Translations under genes and position numbers: made by a program | NCBI GenBank assembly: GCA_040260805.1 | Contig: JBDQPD010000030.1 | Location: 1-34,849 of the forward strand | DNA length: 34,849 bases | Direction: 5' to 3' | From: Myxococcota bacterium | GTDB taxonomy: Bacteria > Myxococcota > UBA4151 | Shown here: in pieces, positions 1-8,669 of the stretch | Position numbering within the stretch: position 1 is the stretch's first letter | How the letters are laid out: the number at the start of each line of letters is the position of its first letter | Notes under the pieces: model-generated | Told to the model about the DNA's origin: nothing | Databases searched by the model: none | Seen by the model: only the letters and a program-made list of their open reading frames with translations

Positions 1-1
1 A

Positions 2-250
2 TGGGGCGCTGCATTTGCTGCAGCAGCACGGATGGGGCTTCTGCGATGGGCAGATCAGCTGGCGCGCGACCGTTTAGCCAGCGAGCGCGGTCTCGATATA
101 TCTTGGGTTCAAGCTCAAATCGAAGAACGTCTAGCCGCAAAAAACGAACGCGATTTTGCAAAGGCGGATAGCCTACGCGAAGCTCTGTCGCGCCAAGGGG
201 TTGAGCTCTTGGACAAACGGACAGGTACAGTTTGGCGTCTCTCAGACTAA
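2..250 (+). CDS. cysS: Cysteinyl-tRNA synthetase, C-terminal fragment (5' truncated by window)
   Basis: Frame open from window start; IEERLAAKNERDFAKADSLREALSRQGVELLDKRTGTVW matches the CysRS C-terminal anticodon-binding signature (R..A+..+DF..AD.IR..L...G+.L.D...GT.W). Confidence 0.9.
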   Translation, partial: WGAAFAAAARMGLLRWADQLARDRLASERGLDISWVQAQIEERLAAKNERDFAKADSLREALSRQGVELLDKRTGTVWRLSD

Positions 251-263
251 AGTCAGGTCGATC

Positions 264-728
264 ATGACCAACCAAACACGGGTGAGAAGAGATTTTCTTC
301 GGAATTTACCCCTGTTTGGCGGGGTGAGTCTGGATGCTTGCAACCAACTCGCCAGCAGCATTAGCCCTGTCGAAATCAACGATGGAACGACCGTTTATAG
401 CGCTGGAGAGACCGGCGAATCGCTGTACATTCTATTCTCAGGTCGCGTGCGACTCGAGCAAGATCAGGTCATTCTGAACCAACTCTCACCTGGCGCTCAC
501 CTCGGTGATTTAGAGTTTTTTGATATGGCGCCTCGAAGCTTCACCGCTCGCGCGGAAGGCCCATGTGAGATCTGGCCGATACCGTTTCAAGCCTTCGATG
601 ACTTGCGCCGACAGGACCTGAGAAGCTTTGCCCTGATCGCCATGAACGCTGCGCGTCAGATGAGCCGCCGCTTGCGCGAGATCGACGCCGAACGCGTGAC
701 CCAGCATCATCAGGCGCAGTGCGACTAG
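264..728 (+). CDS. Stand-alone cyclic nucleotide-binding domain protein (Crp-like sensor, no HTH)
   Basis: LRNLPLFGGV, GETGESLYILFSGRV, LGDLEFFDMAPRSFTARA cNMP-binding motifs; ATG at 264 chosen, 13 nt after cysS stop. Confidence 0.85.
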   Translation: MTNQTRVRRDFLRNLPLFGGVSLDACNQLASSISPVEINDGTTVYSAGETGESLYILFSGRVRLEQDQVILNQLSPGAHLGDLEFFDMAPRSFTARAEGPCEIWPIPFQAFDDLRRQDLRSFALIAMNAARQMSRRLREIDAERVTQHHQAQCD

Positions 729-1105
729 GGGCAGCCGCCCGGATCTGGTGAGGGTACCGGAATTAGGGTGAGACGAATCGGCGCTTGAACCTCGCCTTCA
801 GTCACGCTCAGCGCACGCGAGCAAGCCACCGCCATGCGCCGGCTGACATCGCACCCTTCCCCCTCGTCACAAGCGTCAATGCGAAGCGTAAAGGCGCTGC
901 CATCAACCGGGAACGGAATGCGGATCGAACCGTCGCCGACCCGTTGAGCCGGATAGATGCGAGGTGTTTCGGATGAAAACTCGCGAACGATGGCGCGATA
1001 CCACACCACGGTGCCTTGCACTGCGGGGTCAAGCTCGAGGTGTACGGTCAACTCGGCCGAGCCGCAGCCCATCATTAGTGTCGTGATCCACAGCGAAGCT
1101 CTCAT
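725..1105 (-). CDS. Hypothetical small lipoprotein
   Basis: Signal peptide with lipobox-like LMMGC; ATGA overlap with the upstream PEGA gene (1102-1105). Confidence 0.65.
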   Translation of the reverse strand: MRASLWITTLMMGCGSAELTVHLELDPAVQGTVVWYRAIVREFSSETPRIYPAQRVGDGSIRIPFPVDGSAFTLRIDACDEGEGCDVSRRMAVACSRALSVTEGEVQAPIRLTLIPVPSPDPGGCP

Positions 1106-2226
1106 CGAAGACCTCCTGGCTCAATGACAATTCCCGAACTGTCCTGCATCCACAAGGTCAAGCCCACCGCTGCGGCCGCAGCGACCAGAACACCCGACGC
1201 TATCGCCCCCAAAATAACGGGCTTGGTGCGGCTCGGAGCCTGACCAAAAGCCCGACTCGATAAACTCGTACTCGGCGGCGGAGCTGAACCGTCACGCAAG
1301 CCACGCAACATCTCTTGTACGGGCCCAAGCGATGCCTGAGCCGACTCGAGCCGGACGACACCTAGACCGACAATCTGACCGCTCGAGCCAATGCGTAAGC
1401 CAAACAGCTCGAAGGCTTCTTTAACCCGAACCACGCCCACCGCGAAACGCACGCGACCGTGCCCAGATGCAGACGCGGCCCGCTGCAAGCGCTCGACCCC
1501 TGCCCGCTCACGCCAAGCCGCGAAAAATGCGCCAGCGGTTTGAGCGTCGGCGCCTAAATCAGCCCCGATGACACGCCCCTCGTTCCCGAGGTCAACGATC
1601 TGCTGGACGCTGCGAGCCCCGGCGACAATGCGAAGGTAATGGCGACCAGGCAGCAGCGCTGACACCGTCATCGGTGCTTGGCCTCGAGGCTTACCATCAA
1701 GCCAGATCGTTGCACCGGCAGGGCGCACCTGGACCTGTAGACTGCGTCGCGCTCCAGCGAGTGTAGTCACCGCAAGGCGATCATAAGCCTTGAGCACTAC
1801 GGGTCGATAAAGGCTCGGATTCGGAGGCGATTGAGGCCGAAGCGCGTGATGGCTTTGAAAGGCTGCAGCGGCGCCGAGTTCATCGTCCAAAAGCAGCTGG
1901 ATTTGACCCAGCATCAACAACGCATCGGCTAAGAGATCAACGCTCTCGAGCCAAGGATGCGAATCCGCGGTGAGGTCCGCAATAAGTCGAACCACGGCGC
2001 CGCGACTGGCTTCAAGATTACCTTGGCGAAACGCCGCATCGACCGCAGCGAGCCGGTCTTGCCAGCCTTGGATGTTGGCTTTTTCAGCCTGCCTAAGCCC
2101 CAAAAACTCGGCGGCGCCTACCTGAAGACGCTCCACCAAAACCGGCGGGACGTCGCTCTCAAGTGCGTCGACACCGATCCAGATCGGACCAGGTGTTGCC
2201 ATCATCAGTAGGCTCAAAGTCAGCAC
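1102..2226 (-). CDS. PEGA domain-containing exported protein with TPR-like helices and C-terminal hydrophobic segment
   Basis: LQVQVRPAGATIWLDGKPRGQAPMTVSALLPGRHYLRI is a PEGA motif; GTG start with GGAG RBS; hydrophobic N- and C-termini. Confidence 0.8.
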   Translation of the reverse strand: MLTLSLLMMATPGPIWIGVDALESDVPPVLVERLQVGAAEFLGLRQAEKANIQGWQDRLAAVDAAFRQGNLEASRGAVVRLIADLTADSHPWLESVDLLADALLMLGQIQLLLDDELGAAAAFQSHHALRPQSPPNPSLYRPVVLKAYDRLAVTTLAGARRSLQVQVRPAGATIWLDGKPRGQAPMTVSALLPGRHYLRIVAGARSVQQIVDLGNEGRVIGADLGADAQTAGAFFAAWRERAGVERLQRAASASGHGRVRFAVGVVRVKEAFELFGLRIGSSGQIVGLGVVRLESAQASLGPVQEMLRGLRDGSAPPPSTSLSSRAFGQAPSRTKPVILGAIASGVLVAAAAAVGLTLWMQDSSGIVIEPGGLR

Positions 2227-2339
2227 ATTGATCTCCGTTAGCGACGGCCTACTGTGCCAAAGGACGACCTAGTTGGTCTAGAAACTTGGAAACCACCGTA
2301 GGTGGGGTTAATCGTAGTCTTGACCAAAGAGGGTTTGAC

Positions 2340-4331
2340 TTGGGTTTTTCGAGCGACTCACCGACGCGGATTGGCCGCTATCGCATTATTCGGCGCCTCG
2401 CTAGCGGCGGACTTGCTGAGGTGTATCTCGGTGTTTCAGAGGGTCCCGACGGCTTTATAAAGCCCGTTGCGATCAAACGACTACACAGCTACTTCGCTGA
2501 AAATGCTAGCTTTATTAACATGCTCGCTGACGAAGCCCGGGTGACCGCTCGGCTTGATCATCCTCACATCGCTCAGGTCCTTGAGTTCAATTATGATGAG
2601 GCGAGCGGCGAGGGCTTCCTGGTCTATGAATTTGTTCCTGGCCGCACCTTGAGCCAGATGCTCCGACAAGATGAGCGAGGCTTGAAGGGTGCGCGCGGTG
2701 AACGTTTTGCGCTGAGCGAGCCAGAAGCCATCGCGGTCACCATGGGTTCAGCGCGAGCGCTTCACTATGCGGCGGAACGAGTCGACAACCGCGGTGAGAA
2801 ACTCGGTGTGGTTCACCGAGACCTCTCACCGCCCAACATCATGGTGAGCTTTTCGGGAATGGTTAAGGTCATCGACTTTGGTATTGCCCAAGCGAAACAT
2901 CGGATTGAACGCACCGAGACCGGAGTGGTGAAGGGTAAGTTTCGCTACATGAGCCCAGAGCAGTTGCGAGGCGATGAGCTCACTCACCGCTCCGATCTGT
3001 ATTCGCTCGGAGTCGTTCTTTATGAGCTTCTGAGCGGCGAAGCTTTGTTTCAAGCCGATGATGATATGGCGCTGATGGCTAAGGTTCAGTCGGGTGAACG
3101 TGCTCCCTTTGCTGAGAGCCTGCCTGAGACGAGCCCCGACCTGATCGCATTGCTCGAACAATTGCTCGAGCATCAGCTACTCAACAGAGTGCAATCAGGC
3201 GCTGAACTGGCTCAGCGACTGCAGCAAATTCTAATTCAAAATCATAACGTCTTTGATCCGGAGCAGCCCCTCCGAGCGATGATGGAACGTCGTTTCCCGG
3301 GCGCCGGCGCGGCGATCGAACAAGAGCTCTCACTGTCTGACGCTCCAACCCAAGCCGAAGGAGTCCGCAGAGTTCAAGAGCTCGGATTAACACGCAGCGC
3401 TTCCGCTGATGCGACGGCAACCTTAGCAGCATCTGGCAGCTTGCCGCTGAGCGAACAGCGCACGCATGCTCACCGGGCAGAGCAACCAACGATCGTCAGC
3501 TACATCAGCGAAGAAGCGCACGAAGAGACAACAGAAGGCTTGGTCACGGACCGCATCGAGCGGGTCCAACCTAAGCGTCAAATCATGAGCTTAGTGGCTG
3601 TCTTTTTCTTGGTCGGTGCGGTCACCTTTGCGCTGGTACGATCCACCCGAAAAGCGCCGCCGCCCGCTGCGGCGACTCAACCCGTTATCGTCAGTGTTCC
3701 CTTCAGTGTTGTGTGTCCAGCCGAAGCTGAAGTCGAGGTCTTCAAAGAAGATAAGTCGCTGGTTAAGCAGTCCTGTCCACTCGCTGAGGTGCTGCCAACA
3801 GGGGTGTACACGGTGCGCGTGACGCGGCCGGGGTTCGAGAGTAAAACTCTGCAAATCACGCTCACGAGCCCGACCCGTTATCCCGACCAGGGCACGCTGC
3901 CGATGAAGCGAATTACCGGTCTATTAGAATTAACGATTGAGCCTCGCTCTGCCCAGGCACAGTTCCAGGTTGATGGAGAGTTATGGACGCCTGGTGATGC
4001 GCTGATTCCAGGCATTAAAACTCTTCGTGTTGAGGCTAAAGGCTTTATCACCGAAGAGGTAACGATCGAGGTCGTTGGTGGAGCGCAAGCCAAGTACACC
4101 GTGCAGCTCAAAAAGCCTCTATTTGGTGCGCTCAAAGTCATCGCGCCCAAGCGCGGCTGGTTCGACATTCTCCACAAAGGGAAAAAGCTGTGCTCGGTTC
4201 CGCCAACCTGTGAACGCTTGACCCTACCCGCAGGAAACCAGACTCTAGAGCTAAGATCGGTGGGCGTACCGCAGAGGCGTCGCGTCCAGATCAAAGCGAA
4301 CTCAGTGCGAGTACTCGATTTGTCCAAGTAA
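2340..4331 (+). CDS. Hanks-type Ser/Thr protein kinase with TM helix and extracytoplasmic PEGA-like repeats
   Basis: VAIKRL, HRDLSPPN, DFG, GKFRYMSPE, SDLYSLG motifs; TM IMSLVAVFFLVGAVTFALV; PEGA-like LPTGVYTVRVTRPGF; start uncertain (TTG 2340 has GAGGG RBS; ORF open from 2286). Confidence 0.93.
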   Translation: MGFSSDSPTRIGRYRIIRRLASGGLAEVYLGVSEGPDGFIKPVAIKRLHSYFAENASFINMLADEARVTARLDHPHIAQVLEFNYDEASGEGFLVYEFVPGRTLSQMLRQDERGLKGARGERFALSEPEAIAVTMGSARALHYAAERVDNRGEKLGVVHRDLSPPNIMVSFSGMVKVIDFGIAQAKHRIERTETGVVKGKFRYMSPEQLRGDELTHRSDLYSLGVVLYELLSGEALFQADDDMALMAKVQSGERAPFAESLPETSPDLIALLEQLLEHQLLNRVQSGAELAQRLQQILIQNHNVFDPEQPLRAMMERRFPGAGAAIEQELSLSDAPTQAEGVRRVQELGLTRSASADATATLAASGSLPLSEQRTHAHRAEQPTIVSYISEEAHEETTEGLVTDRIERVQPKRQIMSLVAVFFLVGAVTFALVRSTRKAPPPAAATQPVIVSVPFSVVCPAEAEVEVFKEDKSLVKQSCPLAEVLPTGVYTVRVTRPGFESKTLQITLTSPTRYPDQGTLPMKRITGLLELTIEPRSAQAQFQVDGELWTPGDALIPGIKTLRVEAKGFITEEVTIEVVGGAQAKYTVQLKKPLFGALKVIAPKRGWFDILHKGKKLCSVPPTCERLTLPAGNQTLELRSVGVPQRRRVQIKANSVRVLDLSK

Positions 4332-4333
4332 AG

Positions 4334-5380
4334 GTGAACACCGTGCGACTGCTCTTTTTGGTGACTCTTAGCGCATGCGGTTCTGCAGTTCTTGAACCCG
4401 AACGCGAGCATTGCCTCTATTCACTAGAGTGCGAGCTTTCGGAGCGCTGTATTCAACAGCGCTGCGTCCGAACCGACGCAGGCACTTCGGTTGACGCAGG
4501 CCCGAATTGCGACGACCCGGACAGCGACGGAGCGCACACCACCGGTTTGGTCGTGCAAAATGAAGAACAGCAACTCGATCGCCATGTCTGCCCCGGTAGC
4601 CCAGACCGGTACCGTCACCAGTTGACCACCGCCACCCAGCTGCAAGCTTGGGTGGTCGCCGAATCTGGCCCTGCGCCGGTTTTGTTTGCGGTCGATGCCG
4701 AGTCTGACCTGCCGGACGACTGTACTCAAAATACGCCTCAATGCGCTCAAGGCGGGCGACTCAGTGGGTTGAGTGTTGAGCGTATCGAGCGTTCATTTGA
4801 TCTCGCCGTCAAGGCTCCTGAAGACAGGTTAAGTGGTTACGAACTCGGAATGCGCGTCGGACGACCTTGCAGCGAACAAAGTGACTGTGGAAGCAGCGCT
4901 CGATGTGTTCGCGCTGTGGCTGAACGCACCGACCAAGTGGGCACATCGGGCATCTGTGTTTTCTCCCGGGATCTGCCCATCGATCCGGACTGCGATCGAA
5001 ACGACCGAAGCAGTGAACACCCTGAAAGCGCTCAAAACGCAGGTGACTTTGCAGACCTTGAGCTGCAGCAGGTCCCCTTATGTCAGCATGACAACGACTG
5101 GTATCAAGTCACGGTCTCGACCACCTCGGATGTCAGCAAAACCGTCCGAATGGTCAGCACGGCTGCCGAAGCCGGACAGCTCAGCGGTGTCACCTTGTTT
5201 GTTGGCCTTTACAGCGCCACCGACTTGCGTCCTTTGCGCTTTGCTCTGCTCTACTTTGCCGCCGGAGCTCAAAGTCAAACCCTGTCGATGACCAATATCA
5301 GCGCCGGCGATTATAAGCTCCGAGTGACCCAGATCAACAAGCGCAGCGGCCCGATCACCTACAGCTTGTCGCCGCCTTGA
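4334..5380 (+). CDS. Cys-rich hypothetical lipoprotein with two PPC-like beta domains
   Basis: Lipobox LSAC; Cys-rich modules CLYSLECELSERCIQQRCV and CSEQSDCGSSARCV; CPGSPDRY and CQHDNDWY domain starts; 2 nt after kinase stop. Confidence 0.7.
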   Translation: MNTVRLLFLVTLSACGSAVLEPEREHCLYSLECELSERCIQQRCVRTDAGTSVDAGPNCDDPDSDGAHTTGLVVQNEEQQLDRHVCPGSPDRYRHQLTTATQLQAWVVAESGPAPVLFAVDAESDLPDDCTQNTPQCAQGGRLSGLSVERIERSFDLAVKAPEDRLSGYELGMRVGRPCSEQSDCGSSARCVRAVAERTDQVGTSGICVFSRDLPIDPDCDRNDRSSEHPESAQNAGDFADLELQQVPLCQHDNDWYQVTVSTTSDVSKTVRMVSTAAEAGQLSGVTLFVGLYSATDLRPLRFALLYFAAGAQSQTLSMTNISAGDYKLRVTQINKRSGPITYSLSPP

Positions 5381-5381
5381 A

Positions 5382-7085
5382 CTAGTCGAGGGGAGACCAG
5401 TCGGACTCATCCGAGGGCGCGATAGATTCCACTAGGACCTCGCGCCCGACCAGCCGATCTTGAACCATGCTCCGAAGCTCAAGAAGCCCCTCTTGTGTGA
5501 CCGCGCTCACGCGCACCGAATGCCCACCTAATCGACCGGCTTGATGACCGCTGACATCGCACTTGTTGCGCACGATCAAACGGGGGATTTGACCACAGCC
5601 AATCTCTTCTAAGACCTCATGGACGGCAGCGACGCGGCTGTCCTCTCCATCTTGAGCATCATCGATGACGTGCAACAACAAATCGGCATCAGAAGCCTCC
5701 TCAAGCGTTGCCCGAAAGGCTTCGATTAGCTCCTTAGGTAAGGCACGAATAAATCCTACCGTGTCCACCAAAACCACTTCCTTTTCGGGGCTTGGAAGAT
5801 GCGCTGCATCAGGTCTGAGGAGCCATTTTCGGTTGGTGGTATCAAGCGTCGCAAAAAGCTGGTCTTCAGCCAGCACATCCGAACCGGTTAAGGCATTTAG
5901 TAAGGTCGATTTACCCGCATTGGTATAACCCACTAGAGCGACTTTTTGGACCCCTCCACGGCGGCGCTTTTTACGCTGTAGATTGCGCTGGCGCTTACGC
6001 TGGTCGAGTTCCTTTTGCAGCCGAGTGAGCCGCTCTCGCGCTCGGCGGCGACTCACCTCAAGCGCAGACTCACCAGGTCCTCTACCCCCCAAGCCACCAG
6101 CAAGCCTCGACAGGCCGGTGTGGCGCTCGATCAAGCGCGGCAGACTGTAGCGCAGCTGCGCCATCTCGACTTGTGTCTTGGCAACGGCGGAGGTCGCTCG
6201 ACGCGCAAAAATCTCCAGGATAAGCTGGGTTCGATCCAAAATTTTCAGCTCAGTGCTGCGGCTAAGATTGAGCAACTGACGCGGCGTGATGTCTCGATCA
6301 AAGATCATCCCTTCCGTGTCGCGTTCAAGGCATTCAAGGATAAGATCCTCTAAGCGGCCCTTTCCAAGAATGGTCTTCGGATCAATACGACGACGACGCT
6401 GAATCGCCTCAAAGACAACCTCCACGCCAGCCGTCTTTGCTAGCTCGGTCAGCTCCTCCATGCGGCGCTTATCTTCTTCTTTGCGTCCTGTGTGCACGCC
6501 CACCAGAGCCCAGCGAGGGCCTGTGATCGCTTGTTCCTTAGTCTGCCGAGCGACCTCGTGATCAATGCGCTCAAGCTCCTTGCCGAAATCAAACTCAAAA
6601 AGATGCTTACTTCCGTTATCAGTGCGCTCGATACTTCGTACCGCCCCATCAACCTCGAAGGTCGGCAAGGCTAAGATGACGGATCCCACACTGCTGTCTC
6701 GACGCGCCTCAAGATAGGCGAGACCATCGAGCCGGAGGCGAGTGAGGTCCGTACGTAAATCAGCGGGCAAGACAGGCGGCGCAGGAGAGGGCGGGACCAC
6801 GACCACAAGGCGTAAACCGCGCGTCCGCCCCCGACCGCCACCTAGACGGCCTAAATCGGGCATCCAAACCCGCCTGGGTTCACCCAGTAAGATGTGTTTG
6901 ACGTGGCCACGGCGGTCGATCAACACCCCGATCATGCGGCCAAGTTCAGTAGCGCTTTGTGCTAACTTTCGACATAGGCTCGGACTCACAAAGCGGTCCG
7001 GCTCGGTGACGTTACGCTCAAGACGCTGCACTTGACCCATCTGCGAGGGACGGACCTTCTCGAAATCGCCGGTTAATTGTGCCAA
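5382..7085 (-). CDS. hflX: GTPase HflX, long form with N-terminal extension
   Basis: DRTQLILEIFARRA, QVEMAQLRYSLPRL, GPGE, G1 GYTNAGKS, DQLFATLD, DTVGFI, NKCD; TTG start with GAGG RBS. Confidence 0.95.
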   Translation of the reverse strand: MAQLTGDFEKVRPSQMGQVQRLERNVTEPDRFVSPSLCRKLAQSATELGRMIGVLIDRRGHVKHILLGEPRRVWMPDLGRLGGGRGRTRGLRLVVVVPPSPAPPVLPADLRTDLTRLRLDGLAYLEARRDSSVGSVILALPTFEVDGAVRSIERTDNGSKHLFEFDFGKELERIDHEVARQTKEQAITGPRWALVGVHTGRKEEDKRRMEELTELAKTAGVEVVFEAIQRRRRIDPKTILGKGRLEDLILECLERDTEGMIFDRDITPRQLLNLSRSTELKILDRTQLILEIFARRATSAVAKTQVEMAQLRYSLPRLIERHTGLSRLAGGLGGRGPGESALEVSRRRARERLTRLQKELDQRKRQRNLQRKKRRRGGVQKVALVGYTNAGKSTLLNALTGSDVLAEDQLFATLDTTNRKWLLRPDAAHLPSPEKEVVLVDTVGFIRALPKELIEAFRATLEEASDADLLLHVIDDAQDGEDSRVAAVHEVLEEIGCGQIPRLIVRNKCDVSGHQAGRLGGHSVRVSAVTQEGLLELRSMVQDRLVGREVLVESIAPSDESDWSPLD

Positions 7086-7151
7086 GACTTTACCTCGTAA
7101 GCGGTCACTACCCTAATGGTCTTATCAGGCCTGACCTCGAAAGGAACATCG

Positions 7152-8669
7152 ATGCGCCTTTGTTTGCTTCCCTTTGCCTGCTTTATGCTGGCCGTCCAGG
7201 CCCGCGCTGAGGTCACACTCACGGTCAGCGATGCGACCGCGGAGTACAGCGACGAAGCTCTGCTCGAAGCTCAGTTGATGAACGGCGAGGTCGCGCTGAA
7301 CAACCAGATCATCTCCTTCTCGATTGAGCGGGCCGACGCTGAGGGCAATTATGTAGCCGTAGGTACCTCAGACACTGCGCCCACCGACACCAACGGTGTC
7401 GCTAGAGGCTCGATCAGGCTGGTCAATGGAATGACCGAACAAACCACCCACGAGCTCAAACCAGACCGGACCGAGGAAGAGCGCTGGGCTGCCTACAGCG
7501 CTGGCGAATACAGGATCGTTGCGCGGCGGCAAGCGGGTGATTTTAACGTCGCTTACGGCACGTTGACGATCCGACGCGAACAAGCCGCTCTCACCGTTTT
7601 GCCGGTCACCACGGTCGCCGGCTACGAGCCGACGCTCAAGGTGACCCTCGAGGACAGCGGCGACAACTCTCGAGACTGGGACTTTGAGAATGGACAAGCT
7701 GTCGAGAGCAACAAAGTCGGCATCCAAGGACGGACCGTGAGTGTATGGATCGATCGCAACGGTGATCAGCAGTTCTACAACTGCACTGCCGGTGGAACCT
7801 GCATCGACGGTCACTGTGTTCAATGCCAAACCGACGAAGACTGCCCTGGCTCAGTCTGCGACCAAGGGCTCTGTGTTGCCGAAGCCGGATTGAACCAATG
7901 CGCTGCCGATGACGACTGCGCCCCATTCTTTGGGGTCCAAGGGCTGCACTGCCTCAGTGGTGTCTGCGTGGCAGAGGCTTGCGACTACCTAGGCGAGACG
8001 ACCACGGACAAAAAGGGGCAAGCCTTTATGAGCTTTGCGTCCACCCCGAATGAGTTTGGTCACCCGGGCGTGGGCTACCATGCGCTGATGCTGCGCGCTG
8101 AGTTTGCGGGTGACGACTTTTACGCTGGCGGCGGAAGCAAAGGTGATCTCGAGATCGCTCCAGGGCCTCTGGATATGAGCTTAGTGCCGCTGACCATCAC
8201 GCGCAACAACGAGCAGGTGACTGAAATCGGAACCGCTGATGTCGTCACCTTGGAGGTTCGCGCCTACCTGAGCGACTCGCTCGGTAACCTCTACGGCTTT
8301 AACGACAAACCCTACCAAATAGCAGAGGGTGACTGCTCAAGTTGCTCGGAGGATTTGTGCCAAGACGTCATGCATCCTCAATGCCTGATTGAGCTCAGCG
8401 CAGCGGATCTCGTGTTTGAAGCCAGCTCAGGGTTCTTCGTGGCTGAAACCGAGCGCAACGCGGTGGACGGTGCGTTTGTGCGGCAGTGGCGCCCTGGGTT
8501 TAGTGAGGACACGGAGGTGCGGTTTACGGTCAAACTTGGAGCGCTATCGAGCCAGCCAAAGTCTATTCGCTTGTTTGATAACAGCGGCTGCGGCTGTACC
8601 GGTGGAAGCCCGGCCAGCCTTTTGTGGCTGCTCGCAGTGCCTGCGCTTCGACGCCGGAGACGAACTTGA
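7152..8669 (+). CDS. Surface protein with Ig-like repeats, Cys-rich modules and MYXO-CTERM sorting signal
   Basis: Signal peptide ending ARA; C-terminus SGCGCTGGSPASLLWLLAVPALRRRRRT fits MYXO-CTERM (GCxC, hydrophobic stretch, Arg tail); ATG 7152 with AAGGA RBS. Confidence 0.85.
   Translation: MRLCLLPFACFMLAVQARAEVTLTVSDATAEYSDEALLEAQLMNGEVALNNQIISFSIERADAEGNYVAVGTSDTAPTDTNGVARGSIRLVNGMTEQTTHELKPDRTEEERWAAYSAGEYRIVARRQAGDFNVAYGTLTIRREQAALTVLPVTTVAGYEPTLKVTLEDSGDNSRDWDFENGQAVESNKVGIQGRTVSVWIDRNGDQQFYNCTAGGTCIDGHCVQCQTDEDCPGSVCDQGLCVAEAGLNQCAADDDCAPFFGVQGLHCLSGVCVAEACDYLGETTTDKKGQAFMSFASTPNEFGHPGVGYHALMLRAEFAGDDFYAGGGSKGDLEIAPGPLDMSLVPLTITRNNEQVTEIGTADVVTLEVRAYLSDSLGNLYGFNDKPYQIAEGDCSSCSEDLCQDVMHPQCLIELSAADLVFEASSGFFVAETERNAVDGAFVRQWRPGFSEDTEVRFTVKLGALSSQPKSIRLFDNSGCGCTGGSPASLLWLLAVPALRRRRRT

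Noticed and set aside
156..263. N-terminal extension of the cNMP-binding ORF
   Set aside because: Overlaps cysS in another frame; ATG 264 fits the domain start
7152..8669. TraA kin-recognition receptor
   Set aside because: Has Cys-rich modules and MYXO-CTERM, but no recognisable PA14-like domain and no traB/OmpA gene downstream
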